DNA from: an uncultured Oleiharenicola sp.
GTDB lineage: Bacteria > Verrucomicrobiota > Verrucomicrobiia > Opitutales > Opitutaceae
Reading direction: 5' to 3'
Assembly (NCBI GenBank): GCA_964492635.1
Contig: CAZBLQ010000005.1
Location: 165-64,164 of the forward strand
Length of the DNA stretch: 64,000 nucleotides
Below the pieces are notes generated by a model, which worked only from the letters and a program-made list of their open reading frames with translations, searched no databases and was not told the origin of the DNA. Of the stretch, positions 17,324-26,872 are shown in pieces. How positions within the stretch are numbered: the first letter of the stretch is position 1; every line of letters starts with the position of its first letter. The translations under genes and the position numbers were made by a program.

Positions 17324-17667
17324 TTCCGGATGGCGAGGAGACTGGATTTCAGCGGAAGGGTGGGGTGAGGTGGCGGACTTCCGGGCCGCGTTGAATCCAT
17401 GTGTTTAGCCTTCCAGCCGGCCGGTTGTCGACGGCAGAGTGCAGCTTGAACCGCGGCTTGGTGGAGTATGGAGTCGGGAATTTCATACTATGCTTTGCCG
17501 GCATATCCGGAATGGCGTTTCACGTGCCTGCTCCCCGCAGGCGCACGTTTCCTCAGAACTTTAGAGTCGCAAGTCGGAATTGCCCGGCTACTCCGTCTGA
17601 TTGTCCCGGCGCCCCTGAGGCAATCCCCAAGCTCCGCGACAAGATCCAGCCGCTGCCGAACCGAATG

Positions 17668-17877
17668 TTAGCCGCGGCGGTTCTGCGCGACCTCGAGCTG
17701 CGATCTCAAGGAGCTTTCATCACTACGGGCGCTGCGCTTGAGCTTCTTGTTTCGCGAATCGGCGTTGGACAGTTGCGTGATGAGCTCGGCATTAGCGAGT
17801 GTCAGCTTCAACACGGTCTCGTTGGCGGTGAGAAGCTGCTGTTCCAGTTCCAGAATGCGTTGTTCGGACATACCCAC
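17668..17877 (-). CDS. Small coiled-coil protein (hypothetical).
   Basis: MSEQRILELEQQLLTANETVLKLTLANAELITQLSNADSRNKKLKRS shows a heptad leucine pattern. It lies 115 nt downstream of, and co-directional with, the larger coiled-coil gene. No SD sequence is obvious, so coding status is uncertain. Confidence 0.4.
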   Translation of the reverse strand: MGMSEQRILELEQQLLTANETVLKLTLANAELITQLSNADSRNKKLKRSARSDESSLRSQLEVAQNRRG

Positions 17878-17991
17878 AGGCTATTCAGGAAACTCCCAAT
17901 AGCCACAAGCAACGCGAGATTCAGCCAAAGTGCCTGCGTGTTGCTGAAACCTGAAGGCCAGTTTCCCCACCGATGGGGCCGGTTGTTCGGC

Positions 17992-18810
17992 CTATTTTTT
18001 CACCGGTGGCTTCTGCAGCAGCGCGGCTTCTTTCTGCGCTTTCTCCAGTTTATCCTGCAATCCGGCGACTAGGGCCTTGGACTCGGCCAACTGCGCCTGG
18101 AGTTCGGTAGTGTCGGCTTTGGCTTTGGCCAACTGGGTCTGCATCACGGCGGTCTGGGCCTGGGCGACCTCGACTTCCCCTTGATGTTTGAGTGAGGCAA
18201 CCTTGGCTTCCTCCGCCTGGGTTTGGAACCCGGTGGACATCACCCGGGATTTGTCCAATTGAATCTGCAGTTCGGCTTCGCTGGCCTGGGACTTTTCCAG
18301 ATCTGCCTTAAGCTGCACCGAAGCGACCTTGGTCTCATCCAATTGTTTCTGAAGCCTGACCGTGACGGCCTTGGCTTCATCAACTTGTGCCTGCAGCACG
18401 ACCCCCGCAGCTTCAACCTGCTCCGCGCGGTTTTGGTTGCCCACGATGGTTCTGTCCCGGGCGCCCACTTGGAGCCAAAATGCCACCGCGACAAAGAAGA
18501 GTACCGCTGAAAGTATACCGAGTATGAGGACCAAGGGCGATGTTTTCACCGGGCTTGAGGCATGGTCTTCGTCGTCTTCGCCACTCGAGTCATGCGCCGT
18601 GGTCTTGGTGTGGCTCGCGACGGGGGCGGGCGAGATCGCGCCACTGGTGGCCGGGGCGGCCGCTTTCGCGGTTGCGGTGGGAACAGTCGCAGCCGTTTTC
18701 GTTGTATTGGTAACCGGGGCCGGAGTAGTTGCGGGAGTAGAGACAGGTGCTTCAGGCATGATGGACGAAACTACATCGGGCCTGCCCCGAGTGATATGGG
18801 GTATTACCAT
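17992..18810 (-). CDS. Membrane-anchored coiled-coil protein with a Pro/Thr/Ala-rich N-terminal region.
   Basis: PATTPAPVTNTTKTAATVPTATAKAAAP low-complexity region, TM segment LVLILGILSAVLFFVAVAFWLQV, then ~190 aa of Q/A/K/E coiled coil. The start is uncertain (ATG 18810 or 18759). The track start at 18981 would overlap the GH13 gene. Confidence 0.65.
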   Translation of the reverse strand: MVIPHITRGRPDVVSSIMPEAPVSTPATTPAPVTNTTKTAATVPTATAKAAAPATSGAISPAPVASHTKTTAHDSSGEDDEDHASSPVKTSPLVLILGILSAVLFFVAVAFWLQVGARDRTIVGNQNRAEQVEAAGVVLQAQVDEAKAVTVRLQKQLDETKVASVQLKADLEKSQASEAELQIQLDKSRVMSTGFQTQAEEAKVASLKHQGEVEVAQAQTAVMQTQLAKAKADTTELQAQLAESKALVAGLQDKLEKAQKEAALLQKPPVKK

Positions 18811-18914
18811 TACCCGACGAATCCGCGGTTTTTTCCGGCCGTCCCAAGATTTATGCCGGTATTCCCGGTTGGCTAACTGCGCCGGCAGGGCGTTTGCTGA
18901 AGCGGTCTGGAACG

Positions 18915-20321
18915 ATGCACCCCTTTCCTCTGATTCCCATGATTCCACCCCCTGGCATTCGTCGCTTCCTGTTCGCCTCATTTCTGTCGTTGATTCTCGC
19001 CTGCAGCGGACGGGCGGCCGACGTCACGGTTGCATCCGCCCGCCCGGTTCCCGCCTGGATCCGGGATGCGGTGGTCTATGAGGTTTTCCCGCGGCATTTT
19101 TCCCCGGGGGGAGACTTCGCCGGAGTCACGGCCCGGCTGGACGAGTTGCAGCAACTCGGTGTCAGCGTGCTCTGGATCATGCCGATCCATCCGGTGGGCC
19201 GGCTCAAGACGAAGGGAACCATCGGCAGTCCTTATGCCGTGAAGGATTACTATGCCGTGAACCCGGACTATGGCACGAAGGAGGATTTCCGCCGCCTGGT
19301 GGTTGCTGCCCATCAGCGGGGGCTGAAGGTGATCATCGACATTGTGGCCAACCACACCGCGTGGGACAGCGTGATGCTCGACCACCCCGAACGCTACAAA
19401 CACGATGCCGCTGGCCAAGTAATCCCGCCCAATCCGGACTGGACGGATGTCGCGGGGCTCAGCTACGAGAATCCCGAGACGCGTACCTACATGCTCGCCA
19501 TGCTGGAATACTGGCTGCGCGAATTCGACCTGGATGGTTTCCGCTGCGACGTGGCGGCGGAAGTGCCGACGAGCTTCTGGGAGGAGGCGCGAGCCGAACT
19601 GGAGAAAATCAAGCCCGGCATCTTCCTGCTGGCCGAGGCGAACAAGCCGGACTTGATGGTGAAGGCCTTTGACGCGGATTATGCCTGGCCGATGCTGGGC
19701 GCCTTGAACCGGGTGCTGATGGAAGGAGCCCCCGCGGGTGAATTCCAGCGCATCTGGCAGCAGGAAGAGCAGGCCAAATTTCCCGCCGGCACCCTCCACC
19801 TGCGCTTCACGGACAACCACGACGAGGCCAGGGCGATCAGCCGCTTCGGCTGGAAGGCGGCCCTGGCGGCCAGTGCGATGATGTTCACCCTGGACGGCGT
19901 GCCCTTGCTCTACAACGGCATGGAGGTGGGCGACACCACTGAGTCCGGTGCACCGGCTCTTTTTGAGAAATTGACTCTCTTCTGGCAGCCCAAGCAACGC
20001 GAGCAGTTCAGCGACACCTATCGCCAGTTCATCGGCCTGCGGCAGAGCCACCCCGCTTTCCGCACCAGCGAGGTGGTCTGGCTTGAAAACTCCGCCCCGC
20101 AGAATCTGGTCACTTTTCTGCGCCGCGATGCACACGACGAATTCGTGGTGGTGGTGAATTTCTCCAACCGGCCGCAGGCCGGCGGTGTCACCGTAGCGCA
20201 CAGTGGGGAGTTCGAGCTCACCTTGCCGGGGAAACCCGCAGGGGACAAACCGGCGGACCTGTCGCAACTGGCCCTGGGTGCCTTTGAGTGGCGCATCTAC
20301 CACCGTTTATTGGAGAAATAA
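18915..20321 (+). CDS. Alpha-amylase family glycoside hydrolase (GH13).
   Basis: Conserved regions DIVANHTAWDS, GFRCDVAAEVP (nucleophile Asp), FLLAEAN (acid/base Glu) and FTDNHDE. A signal peptide starts at ATG 18915. Confidence 0.9.
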   Translation: MHPFPLIPMIPPPGIRRFLFASFLSLILACSGRAADVTVASARPVPAWIRDAVVYEVFPRHFSPGGDFAGVTARLDELQQLGVSVLWIMPIHPVGRLKTKGTIGSPYAVKDYYAVNPDYGTKEDFRRLVVAAHQRGLKVIIDIVANHTAWDSVMLDHPERYKHDAAGQVIPPNPDWTDVAGLSYENPETRTYMLAMLEYWLREFDLDGFRCDVAAEVPTSFWEEARAELEKIKPGIFLLAEANKPDLMVKAFDADYAWPMLGALNRVLMEGAPAGEFQRIWQQEEQAKFPAGTLHLRFTDNHDEARAISRFGWKAALAASAMMFTLDGVPLLYNGMEVGDTTESGAPALFEKLTLFWQPKQREQFSDTYRQFIGLRQSHPAFRTSEVVWLENSAPQNLVTFLRRDAHDEFVVVVNFSNRPQAGGVTVAHSGEFELTLPGKPAGDKPADLSQLALGAFEWRIYHRLLEK

Positions 20322-20372
20322 GCGGAGACCCTCCGCGTCCGCCAGATTCAGGCCAGCGCTCCACCGGCCGGT

Positions 20373-21371
20373 TCAGCGATCGATCGACTTCAGATTCGCC
20401 GCTGCGTAGCGCTCGCCGACGACCTCGTCCGGCGGAACCGCAGCCTCAAGCTCGGTCACTTCCGTCGGGCCCAGTTTGATCGTTGCCGCTGCCGCATTTT
20501 CCTCCAGGTACGTCCTTCGCTTCGTCCCCGGAATTGGCACCACGTCATCGCCTTTCGAGAGTACCCACGCCAGCGCCAGTTGCCCGGGCTTAACCCCCTT
20601 GCGCTCTGCAATTGCCCGCACGCGTTCCACCAGTCCCATATTCCGGTCAAAGGCTTCGCCGGCAAATCGCGGAAACCGCTGCGTTCGCGAATCCTTGGCG
20701 CCCAGATCGCCGGGCTTTGTGATCGTCCCGGTCAGGAACCCGCGGCCCAACGGACTGTAAGGCACAAAACCGATCCCCAGTTCGCGTACGGTCGGCAGAA
20801 TCTCTTTCTCCACGTGCCGCTCCCACAGTGAATACTCCGTCTGCAGCGCTGTGATCGGATGCACTTTGTGCGCCCGCCGGATTGTCGCTGGCGAGGCCTC
20901 CGACAGTCCCAGGTACTTCACCTTGCCGGCCTTCACCAGCTCCGCCATCGCCTCCACCGTATCTTCAATCGGAGTCTGGGGATCCACCCGGTGCTGGTAA
21001 TACAGATCGATGTGGTCCACGCCGAGCCGCTGCAACGAAGCCTCGCAGGCGGACTTCACGTATTCGGGCCGGCCACTGACCACCCAGAGTCCCGGATTTT
21101 CCTTCGTGCGGACGTTGGCAAACTTGGTGGCGAGGAAAATCTCGTCCCGCCGCCCCCGGATCGTCTTTCCAATCAGCTCCTCGTTGTCGCCAATCCCGTA
21201 GGTGTCCGCGGTGTCGAGGAAGTTTATGCCCAGATCCAGCGCCCGGAGAATCGTTGCGGCCGACTCGGCATCATTTCGTTCGCCGTAGAATTCACTCATG
21301 CCCATGCAACCGAGTCCCATGCGGGAAACGATCGCGCCCTGCGTACCCAGCTTGACCGTGTTCATACGCAT
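20373..21371 (-). CDS. Aldo/keto reductase.
   Basis: [40 protein letters not shown], and a Tas/YghZ-like length (332 aa). Confidence 0.92.
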   Translation of the reverse strand: MRMNTVKLGTQGAIVSRMGLGCMGMSEFYGERNDAESAATILRALDLGINFLDTADTYGIGDNEELIGKTIRGRRDEIFLATKFANVRTKENPGLWVVSGRPEYVKSACEASLQRLGVDHIDLYYQHRVDPQTPIEDTVEAMAELVKAGKVKYLGLSEASPATIRRAHKVHPITALQTEYSLWERHVEKEILPTVRELGIGFVPYSPLGRGFLTGTITKPGDLGAKDSRTQRFPRFAGEAFDRNMGLVERVRAIAERKGVKPGQLALAWVLSKGDDVVPIPGTKRRTYLEENAAAATIKLGPTEVTELEAAVPPDEVVGERYAAANLKSIDR

Positions 21372-21442
21372 ACCGATTGACAGGTCGCGGCATTAGTCAA
21401 CTGGACAAACACGCGCCTGCTCCGGCCTTGCGCGGCGGCCAG

Positions 21443-23017
21443 TTACTCCACCGCGCGGCGGGTGGTGCGCTCCTTGTCAAACTTGAGCCACGCCCGTTCT
21501 GCCGGCACGTTTGGAGCGCACTGGCCACGGCAGGCCGCGACGAAATGCTCCTGCAGGGGATGGATCGGCTTGATCTCGCCCGCCACCAGCGCGTCCATGT
21601 ATCGCCCGAGCGAGCGGATGCACCAGGCCTCGATCGGCGTATAGTGTCCGCCCGCCGGCACAGGGTAGCCGCCCTTGAACAGCACCTGCAGGTGGTCGTC
21701 GGGGAAAGGCGGCCTTACCGTTTCGATCGCCTGCACAACACGCCGGATCGCGTCCGGATTGCGCAGCACGCCCATGTGCGTGTCGTTGAAACCGAACTGC
21801 TCCTTCGCCTCGGCTTGCGCCTGCGCGTTGCACTGGCTCGAGAGCGGCACCACGCCGTCACTGCTTTCCCCCAGCCTGAGCGCACTGGGATCGCCGAAGG
21901 TATAAAACAGGTGGTATTCGGTTTGCCCGGGCAGCGGCCGGCGGTGCAGGTCGCGGATGAAAGCGCTGTCGGGGGCCAGGTCGCGCCACGAAGGTATCAC
22001 CACTGGCGCGCGCGTGCCGCTTTTGGCCGCCGGATGTCCGCCCAGCGGACTGGCAATGGTGATCAGGCAGCGCACATCCGACTCGTGTTTCTTTCCGCTC
22101 AGGCGGTTGAGTGCGTCGCGCACCACCAGCCCGCCCATGCTATGCGCCACGATCACCATCGGGGTGTCCTGCGGGGGAATCACGCTGCCCGAGAGGAACA
22201 CCCGGTGGAACATCGCGCTCAACTGCTTCAGGTCGGTGCCCGAGGGGTAGTGGAAAAACCACGGCCGGTACAAACGGCGGTCAAGGTGGGCGACAATTTC
22301 CGCGAAGTCGCGGGCGCTCCCGCCGATACCGTGCACAAAAATCACGGGCACCTTGTAACCGGCGTCCTCCTCGAGGGCGTAGAACATCATCGGCGCCGCC
22401 TCGAGAAAGACGGCCGGTTCGTACATGCCCAGGCTGGCCATCTCCGGTGAAAAGATCGGATCGTCCAGCGAACGGATCGTGCCCTTGGGGTAGAACACCG
22501 ACTCCACCCGCGCCGGCACCGGGGGCACCGCAATCCGGAACGGAGCGCGCGGCGGTTCCGTGGCGCCGGCGGTGATGTCGCAGCCGCCGAGGACCTTTTC
22601 GGCCGCGGTCTGCCGGTCGAGCACCACCGTTCGTCCGCCGATGACCTCGCGCTCGTCGAAGAAGCCGTCATGGTTGCGGTCCCGCACGGCGAACAGGCGG
22701 TATTTTCCCTCCGGCAGATTCAGCCCGAAGTAAGAGTCGTCGCGGGTGGTGTGATTTACGTCCACCACCTCGCCCGGTTTGAACGTGTCGGACAACGCGA
22801 CGACGGCCAATGCCTCACCGGTCGTGCTGAAGCCGGTTTCGATCCGGCCGAAGACAAAGTAAGTGTCGCGAGCGAGCATGTGCTTGTACACCCGTTGCCG
22901 CGGGGCCAGGGGCTGGCGCAGGGAGTAGTACGCCTGTTTTGCCGCCGTGCCGACATACGCGCAGCCGGCGAGCACAAACCCGAGGACAGAAAGGAGGAGG
23001 GTGGGGCCTTTCATCAC
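21443..23017 (-). CDS. Lipoprotein alpha/beta hydrolase (lipase/esterase-like) with an N-terminal beta-rich domain.
   Basis: Lipobox LLLSVLGFVLAGC. VIFVHGIGGS and the nucleophile elbow VIVAHSMGGLV. Confidence 0.72.
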   Translation of the reverse strand: MMKGPTLLLSVLGFVLAGCAYVGTAAKQAYYSLRQPLAPRQRVYKHMLARDTYFVFGRIETGFSTTGEALAVVALSDTFKPGEVVDVNHTTRDDSYFGLNLPEGKYRLFAVRDRNHDGFFDEREVIGGRTVVLDRQTAAEKVLGGCDITAGATEPPRAPFRIAVPPVPARVESVFYPKGTIRSLDDPIFSPEMASLGMYEPAVFLEAAPMMFYALEEDAGYKVPVIFVHGIGGSARDFAEIVAHLDRRLYRPWFFHYPSGTDLKQLSAMFHRVFLSGSVIPPQDTPMVIVAHSMGGLVVRDALNRLSGKKHESDVRCLITIASPLGGHPAAKSGTRAPVVIPSWRDLAPDSAFIRDLHRRPLPGQTEYHLFYTFGDPSALRLGESSDGVVPLSSQCNAQAQAEAKEQFGFNDTHMGVLRNPDAIRRVVQAIETVRPPFPDDHLQVLFKGGYPVPAGGHYTPIEAWCIRSLGRYMDALVAGEIKPIHPLQEHFVAACRGQCAPNVPAERAWLKFDKERTTRRAVE

Positions 23018-23329
23018 CGCACTAGGGCGGGCAGACCTGCCCGGGCTGTGGCGTTTCTAGCGAAGAACATATTTGCCTGGCGACCCATGCGCCAGGAACT
23101 GGATTCATGTCTTTCAGTCGAGGGAAGTTCACGGAAACAATCCCGGATGATAGCCCATCCTCGTCACAAGTATAGTGCGGTGGCGACGATGTTGAGCGCA
23201 ATTAGCCGCATCAATGGCCGCAAGTATCAGGACGAATAGCCGGATGCCGGGCAAACGCCCAAGCATGCGGTTTCAGCCAGCGGTGCGCCAGCTCAGGACA
23301 ACCTCGCCGACCAGCCGGGTTTGGACCCG

Positions 23330-23791
23330 TTAGTTTCTCTTGTCGCCATCCTTCCGGTCAGCATCTTTCTTATCGTTCCCGCGCTCGTTCTTGTTGCCAT
23401 TCGCCTGGCCCGCTTGCTTCCAATCCTTCGGATAACTCCGGACCACATTGTTATGATGCTGCTCGGGTGAATCGTGAAAGTCCATCCGTACCGATGGCGC
23501 CGCCAGCAGCACATTCACCGCGACGCCCCGTGGCTCGGGCCGCCGCACCCATGCGTTGCCGTCACGATAAACATATTCGTGTCGGCTGCGGCTATAGTAG
23601 GTCTCGTAGCCGGGATAATAGTCGTAGTCGTCCTGGACCACCACCGTGGTCTGCGGTTGCACTTCAGAGCGTCCTTCATTTCCGCTGCGCTGATTTGAGG
23701 CAGAGGGAACGCAGCCGGCCAATGCAGCCAGAAGCGTGGCGCCCGCCATGATGCCGGCCTTGTCCGTGGTGAAGAGGAGGTTCTTTTTCAT
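23330..23791 (-). CDS. Small lipoprotein of unknown function with a K/D/N-rich tail. Paralogue of 57874..58311.
   Basis: Lipobox LLAALAGC from ATG 23791. The core is VVVQDDYDYYPGYETYYSRSRHEYVYRDGNAWVRRPEPRGV..SVRMDFHDSPEQHHNNVVRSYPKDW, followed by the charged tail NGNKNERGNDKKDADRKDGDKRN. Confidence 0.7.
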   Translation of the reverse strand: MKKNLLFTTDKAGIMAGATLLAALAGCVPSASNQRSGNEGRSEVQPQTTVVVQDDYDYYPGYETYYSRSRHEYVYRDGNAWVRRPEPRGVAVNVLLAAPSVRMDFHDSPEQHHNNVVRSYPKDWKQAGQANGNKNERGNDKKDADRKDGDKRN

Positions 23792-23920
23792 AGTCTGACG
23801 GTACACCGCTCGTGGCCCAAAGGCCATGGGGTGATGCCCCACCAGACAAACGAGCCAGCCAGTTAGTGTGTCCGACCTTTTGGCGCGGAGAAGACGGGTC
23901 GGGACTGAGAATGGCTAGAA

Positions 23921-26872
23921 ATGATTGCAAGCCTGGGACTTTGTCCGCGCGGGCACCGGCCAGCGTGTCAGGCTCAAAAATCGGGCGACAAAAGAGGATT
24001 GCCGAGAACTCCCCGAGACTTCTTAGAAGGAGTGATTGTGGCGCGAAAATCTGCAAGAAAGGATCGATCGAGAGCGGGGCGGCAAGCGGATCCCACCAGT
24101 GTCACTGCGCGTTCCGGTCCCGGCACACCAAGGGAGGACGCGACGCCATCTTCGACAGTCTTCCCGCCGGCCAAGGCCTCGTTAGATGGAATCACGGTTT
24201 TTCTGAGTGAGCGCCCTCGTCTGCTCGGCTGGCTGCTGTTTCTCACGGTGCTGGCGGTTTTTCTTCCCGTCATCAGGCACGAGTTCATCTGCTACGATGA
24301 CAACGGCTATGTAACCCAAAACCGCTGGCTGAAGGCCGGATTTACCTGGGCCAACATCGGTCACGCATTCCGTACCACCGAGATCGCCTACTGGCATCCG
24401 CTGACCTGGATGTCGCACATGCTCGACGTCGAGCTTTTCGGCCTGCAAGCGTGGGGGCACCACTTGACCAGCACTCTTTTTCACGCGGCCAATGCTCTGC
24501 TGGTCTTTGTTGTTCTGCGCAAGATGACGGGCGCCGTCTGGCGCAGTTGGTTCATCGCGGCGCTTTTCGGCCTGCATCCCCTGCATGTCGAATCAGTGGC
24601 CTGGGTGGCGGAACGCAAGGACGTCCTCAGCACTTTCTTCTGGCTTCTGGCGGTCTGGAGCTACGTGCACTGGACGCAACAAAAGGCCGCCCAGCGTCCC
24701 CGTGCCCAGGTGTTTTATGCGTTATCGTTGCTGTCATTTGCCGCCGGACTGATGAGCAAACCCATGGTGGTCACGCTGCCGTGTCTGCTGCTGCTGCTGG
24801 ACTACTGGCCGTTGAACCGGTGGGGCCGCAAGGCCGGTGGCGCCGGCGCCGCCCCGCTTGGACAGCTGCTGCTCGAGAAGATACCTTTTTTGATCCTGTC
24901 CGTCGCCGACAGCATTGTCACGGTCGGGGCGCAGGCGGACCTAGGCACGCTACAGACAGTGGCGCATTACCCGTTGACGACCCGGGTGCTCAACGCGCTG
25001 GTCTCCTACTATGGTTATCTGGAGAAATGCTTCTACCCGGTGAAACTTGCCGTGTTTTATCCCTATCCGATTGGCCAGCCCGTCGGACCGGTGCTCGTGG
25101 CCGTGGTGGTGCTGGCGGGTCTCTCCATTGTTGCGGCGGCGGGGTATAGAAAAAGACCGTATCTCCTGGCTGGCTGGCTCTGGTATCTCGGCACACTCGT
25201 CCCGGTCATCGGCCTGGTCCAGGTCGGCGGCCAGGCGATGGCCGACCGGTACAGTTACGTGCCCTTGGTTGGCATCTTTATCATTTTGGCCTGGGGTGCG
25301 GAGGAGGTGACGCGAGGCTGGACGCGCCGGGCGCTCCTGCTGGTTCCGGCGGCGGGTGCGGCGCTGGCCGCTTTGACAGGGCTCACCTGCAGGCAACTCA
25401 CCTACTGGCAGGACAACCCGGCACTTTTCGGTCACGCACTCGCGGTGACGGAGAATAATTGGTGCGCGCATTCCTGCCTGGGATATCATTACGCGCAATC
25501 GCCGTCGCGCCTGGACGAGGCGGTGGCGGAATACCGCGAGACCGTGCGGCTCGCTCCGAGCCTCGTCGACGGGCACTATTCGCTGGGCGCCCTGCTGGCG
25601 CGAAAGCCGGGCGGTCTGGACGAGGCCGTCACCGAATTTCAAACGGCGTTGCGGCTCGACCCCCGCCATGTCCAGGCGCACGTCGGTCTGGGACAGGCAT
25701 TGGTTCGAATTCCGGGCCGGCTGGCCGATGCGGTCGCCGTGTGTGAGGACGCGTTGCGGCTCGATCCCGACAGTTCCGGCGCCCACATCAGTCTTGCCTA
25801 CGCCCTCGCCCTGGCGCCGGAGCGGCTGACCGAGGCGGCCGTGCAATATCGCGCCGCCCTGAAACTCGAGCCTGATTCGGCCAGCGTGCACTATTCGTTC
25901 GGGACGGTCCTCGCGCGCATGCCTGTTGGCTTGGCCGAGGCCGTTTCCGAATATCAAACGGCTTTGCGGATCAATCCCCGTTATGTCGAGGCGCATATCG
26001 CTCTGGGAATGGCCCTGGCTCGGATTCCGGGCCGGCTGCCCGAGGCGATTACCGAATATGAGGCTGCCTTGCGGCTTGAGCCCGACAACCCTGTTGCCCA
26101 CATCAATCTCGGCGACGCCCTGGCTCAATTGCCGGGGCGGCTGTCCGAGGCTATCGCACAATATCACGCCACGCTGAAACTCACTTCCGACTCGGTGGAA
26201 GCACACTACGCGCTCGGGACGGCGCTGGCGCGCACGCCGGACGGCCTCGTCGAGGCCGTCTCTGAATATCAAACGGCGTTGCGGATTAGTCCCAATTATC
26301 CCCTGGCCCACCTGGCCCTGGGGAAGGCGCTGGTGCGAATCCCGGGCGGGTTGGCCAACGCGGTTGCCGAGTGCGAGGCCGCGGTGCGACTCATGCCCGA
26401 GGATCCCGATGCTCACCTTAATCTCGGCGACGCACTGGCTCAACTGCCGGATCGGCTGGCCGATGCGATTGCCGAGTACCGGTCCGTCCTCCGCCTGCGC
26501 CCTGACTGGGCTGAGGTCCACAGCAATCTGGGGATTGTCCTCGCCCAGATTCCCGGGCGCATGCGGGATGCAATTGCCGAATATGAAGTCGTTATCCGCG
26601 CCAAGCCCAGTTTTGCGGAAGCGCACAACAACCTGGCCAATGTTCTCATTCAGGCTCCCGGCCGGTCGACTGAAGCTATCACGGAATACGAAACAGCGAT
26701 CCGGCTGAGGCCCGACTTCTTCGAGGCAGAGTACAACCTCGGTCAATTCCTGGTGAATTTCCCCGACCGCATCCCCGAGGCGATTACGCATTTCGAGGCC
26801 GCCTTGAAAATCAAACCCGACCTGGAGCCGGCCCGCGTGATGCTTGCCCGCTTGCGCGCAGGCTCCCGGTGA
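23921..26872 (+). CDS. TMTC-like membrane protein: N-terminal multi-pass DUF1736/PMT-like domain fused to about 13 TPR-type repeats.
   Basis: FICYDDNGYVTQNRWL and HPLHVESVAWVAERKDVLSTFFWLLA in the membrane domain, with about 9-11 TM segments. It then carries 35-residue repeats of the form A[VI]xEYxxALRLxPDxxxAHxxLGxALxxxPGRLxE. The start is either ATG 23921 or in-frame GTG 24038. Confidence 0.85.
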   Translation: MIASLGLCPRGHRPACQAQKSGDKRGLPRTPRDFLEGVIVARKSARKDRSRAGRQADPTSVTARSGPGTPREDATPSSTVFPPAKASLDGITVFLSERPRLLGWLLFLTVLAVFLPVIRHEFICYDDNGYVTQNRWLKAGFTWANIGHAFRTTEIAYWHPLTWMSHMLDVELFGLQAWGHHLTSTLFHAANALLVFVVLRKMTGAVWRSWFIAALFGLHPLHVESVAWVAERKDVLSTFFWLLAVWSYVHWTQQKAAQRPRAQVFYALSLLSFAAGLMSKPMVVTLPCLLLLLDYWPLNRWGRKAGGAGAAPLGQLLLEKIPFLILSVADSIVTVGAQADLGTLQTVAHYPLTTRVLNALVSYYGYLEKCFYPVKLAVFYPYPIGQPVGPVLVAVVVLAGLSIVAAAGYRKRPYLLAGWLWYLGTLVPVIGLVQVGGQAMADRYSYVPLVGIFIILAWGAEEVTRGWTRRALLLVPAAGAALAALTGLTCRQLTYWQDNPALFGHALAVTENNWCAHSCLGYHYAQSPSRLDEAVAEYRETVRLAPSLVDGHYSLGALLARKPGGLDEAVTEFQTALRLDPRHVQAHVGLGQALVRIPGRLADAVAVCEDALRLDPDSSGAHISLAYALALAPERLTEAAVQYRAALKLEPDSASVHYSFGTVLARMPVGLAEAVSEYQTALRINPRYVEAHIALGMALARIPGRLPEAITEYEAALRLEPDNPVAHINLGDALAQLPGRLSEAIAQYHATLKLTSDSVEAHYALGTALARTPDGLVEAVSEYQTALRISPNYPLAHLALGKALVRIPGGLANAVAECEAAVRLMPEDPDAHLNLGDALAQLPDRLADAIAEYRSVLRLRPDWAEVHSNLGIVLAQIPGRMRDAIAEYEVVIRAKPSFAEAHNNLANVLIQAPGRSTEAITEYETAIRLRPDFFEAEYNLGQFLVNFPDRIPEAITHFEAALKIKPDLEPARVMLARLRAGSR
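25520..26869 (+). repeat. Intragenic repeat array: 12 full units plus 1 partial unit of 105 nt (35 aa), with a 315-nt (three-unit) super-period.
   Basis: Units 1/4/7, 2/5/8 and 3/6/9 resemble each other more than they resemble their neighbours. Example: AVSEYQTALRINPRYVEAHIALGMALARIPGRLPE versus AVSEYQTALRISPNYPLAHLALGKALVRIPGGLAN. Confidence 0.8.

Noticed and set aside
17514-17531. GCGTTTCACGTGCCTG, a partial match to the parS consensus TGTTNCACGTGAAACA.
   Set aside because: Only the left half-site and central CACGTG match. The right arm is unrelated, and the site is 12 kb from parB.
25702-25713. GGTTCGAATTCC, a tRNA T-arm-like string.
   Set aside because: It lies inside the TPR CDS. No acceptor, D or anticodon arms can be drawn around it. 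I found no tRNA or rRNA genes elsewhere.
25520-26869. Regular ~105-nt periodicity that could be mistaken for a CRISPR-like array.
   Set aside because: The units are contiguous with no unique spacers. They are in frame and translate to TPR-type helical repeats inside a long CDS.
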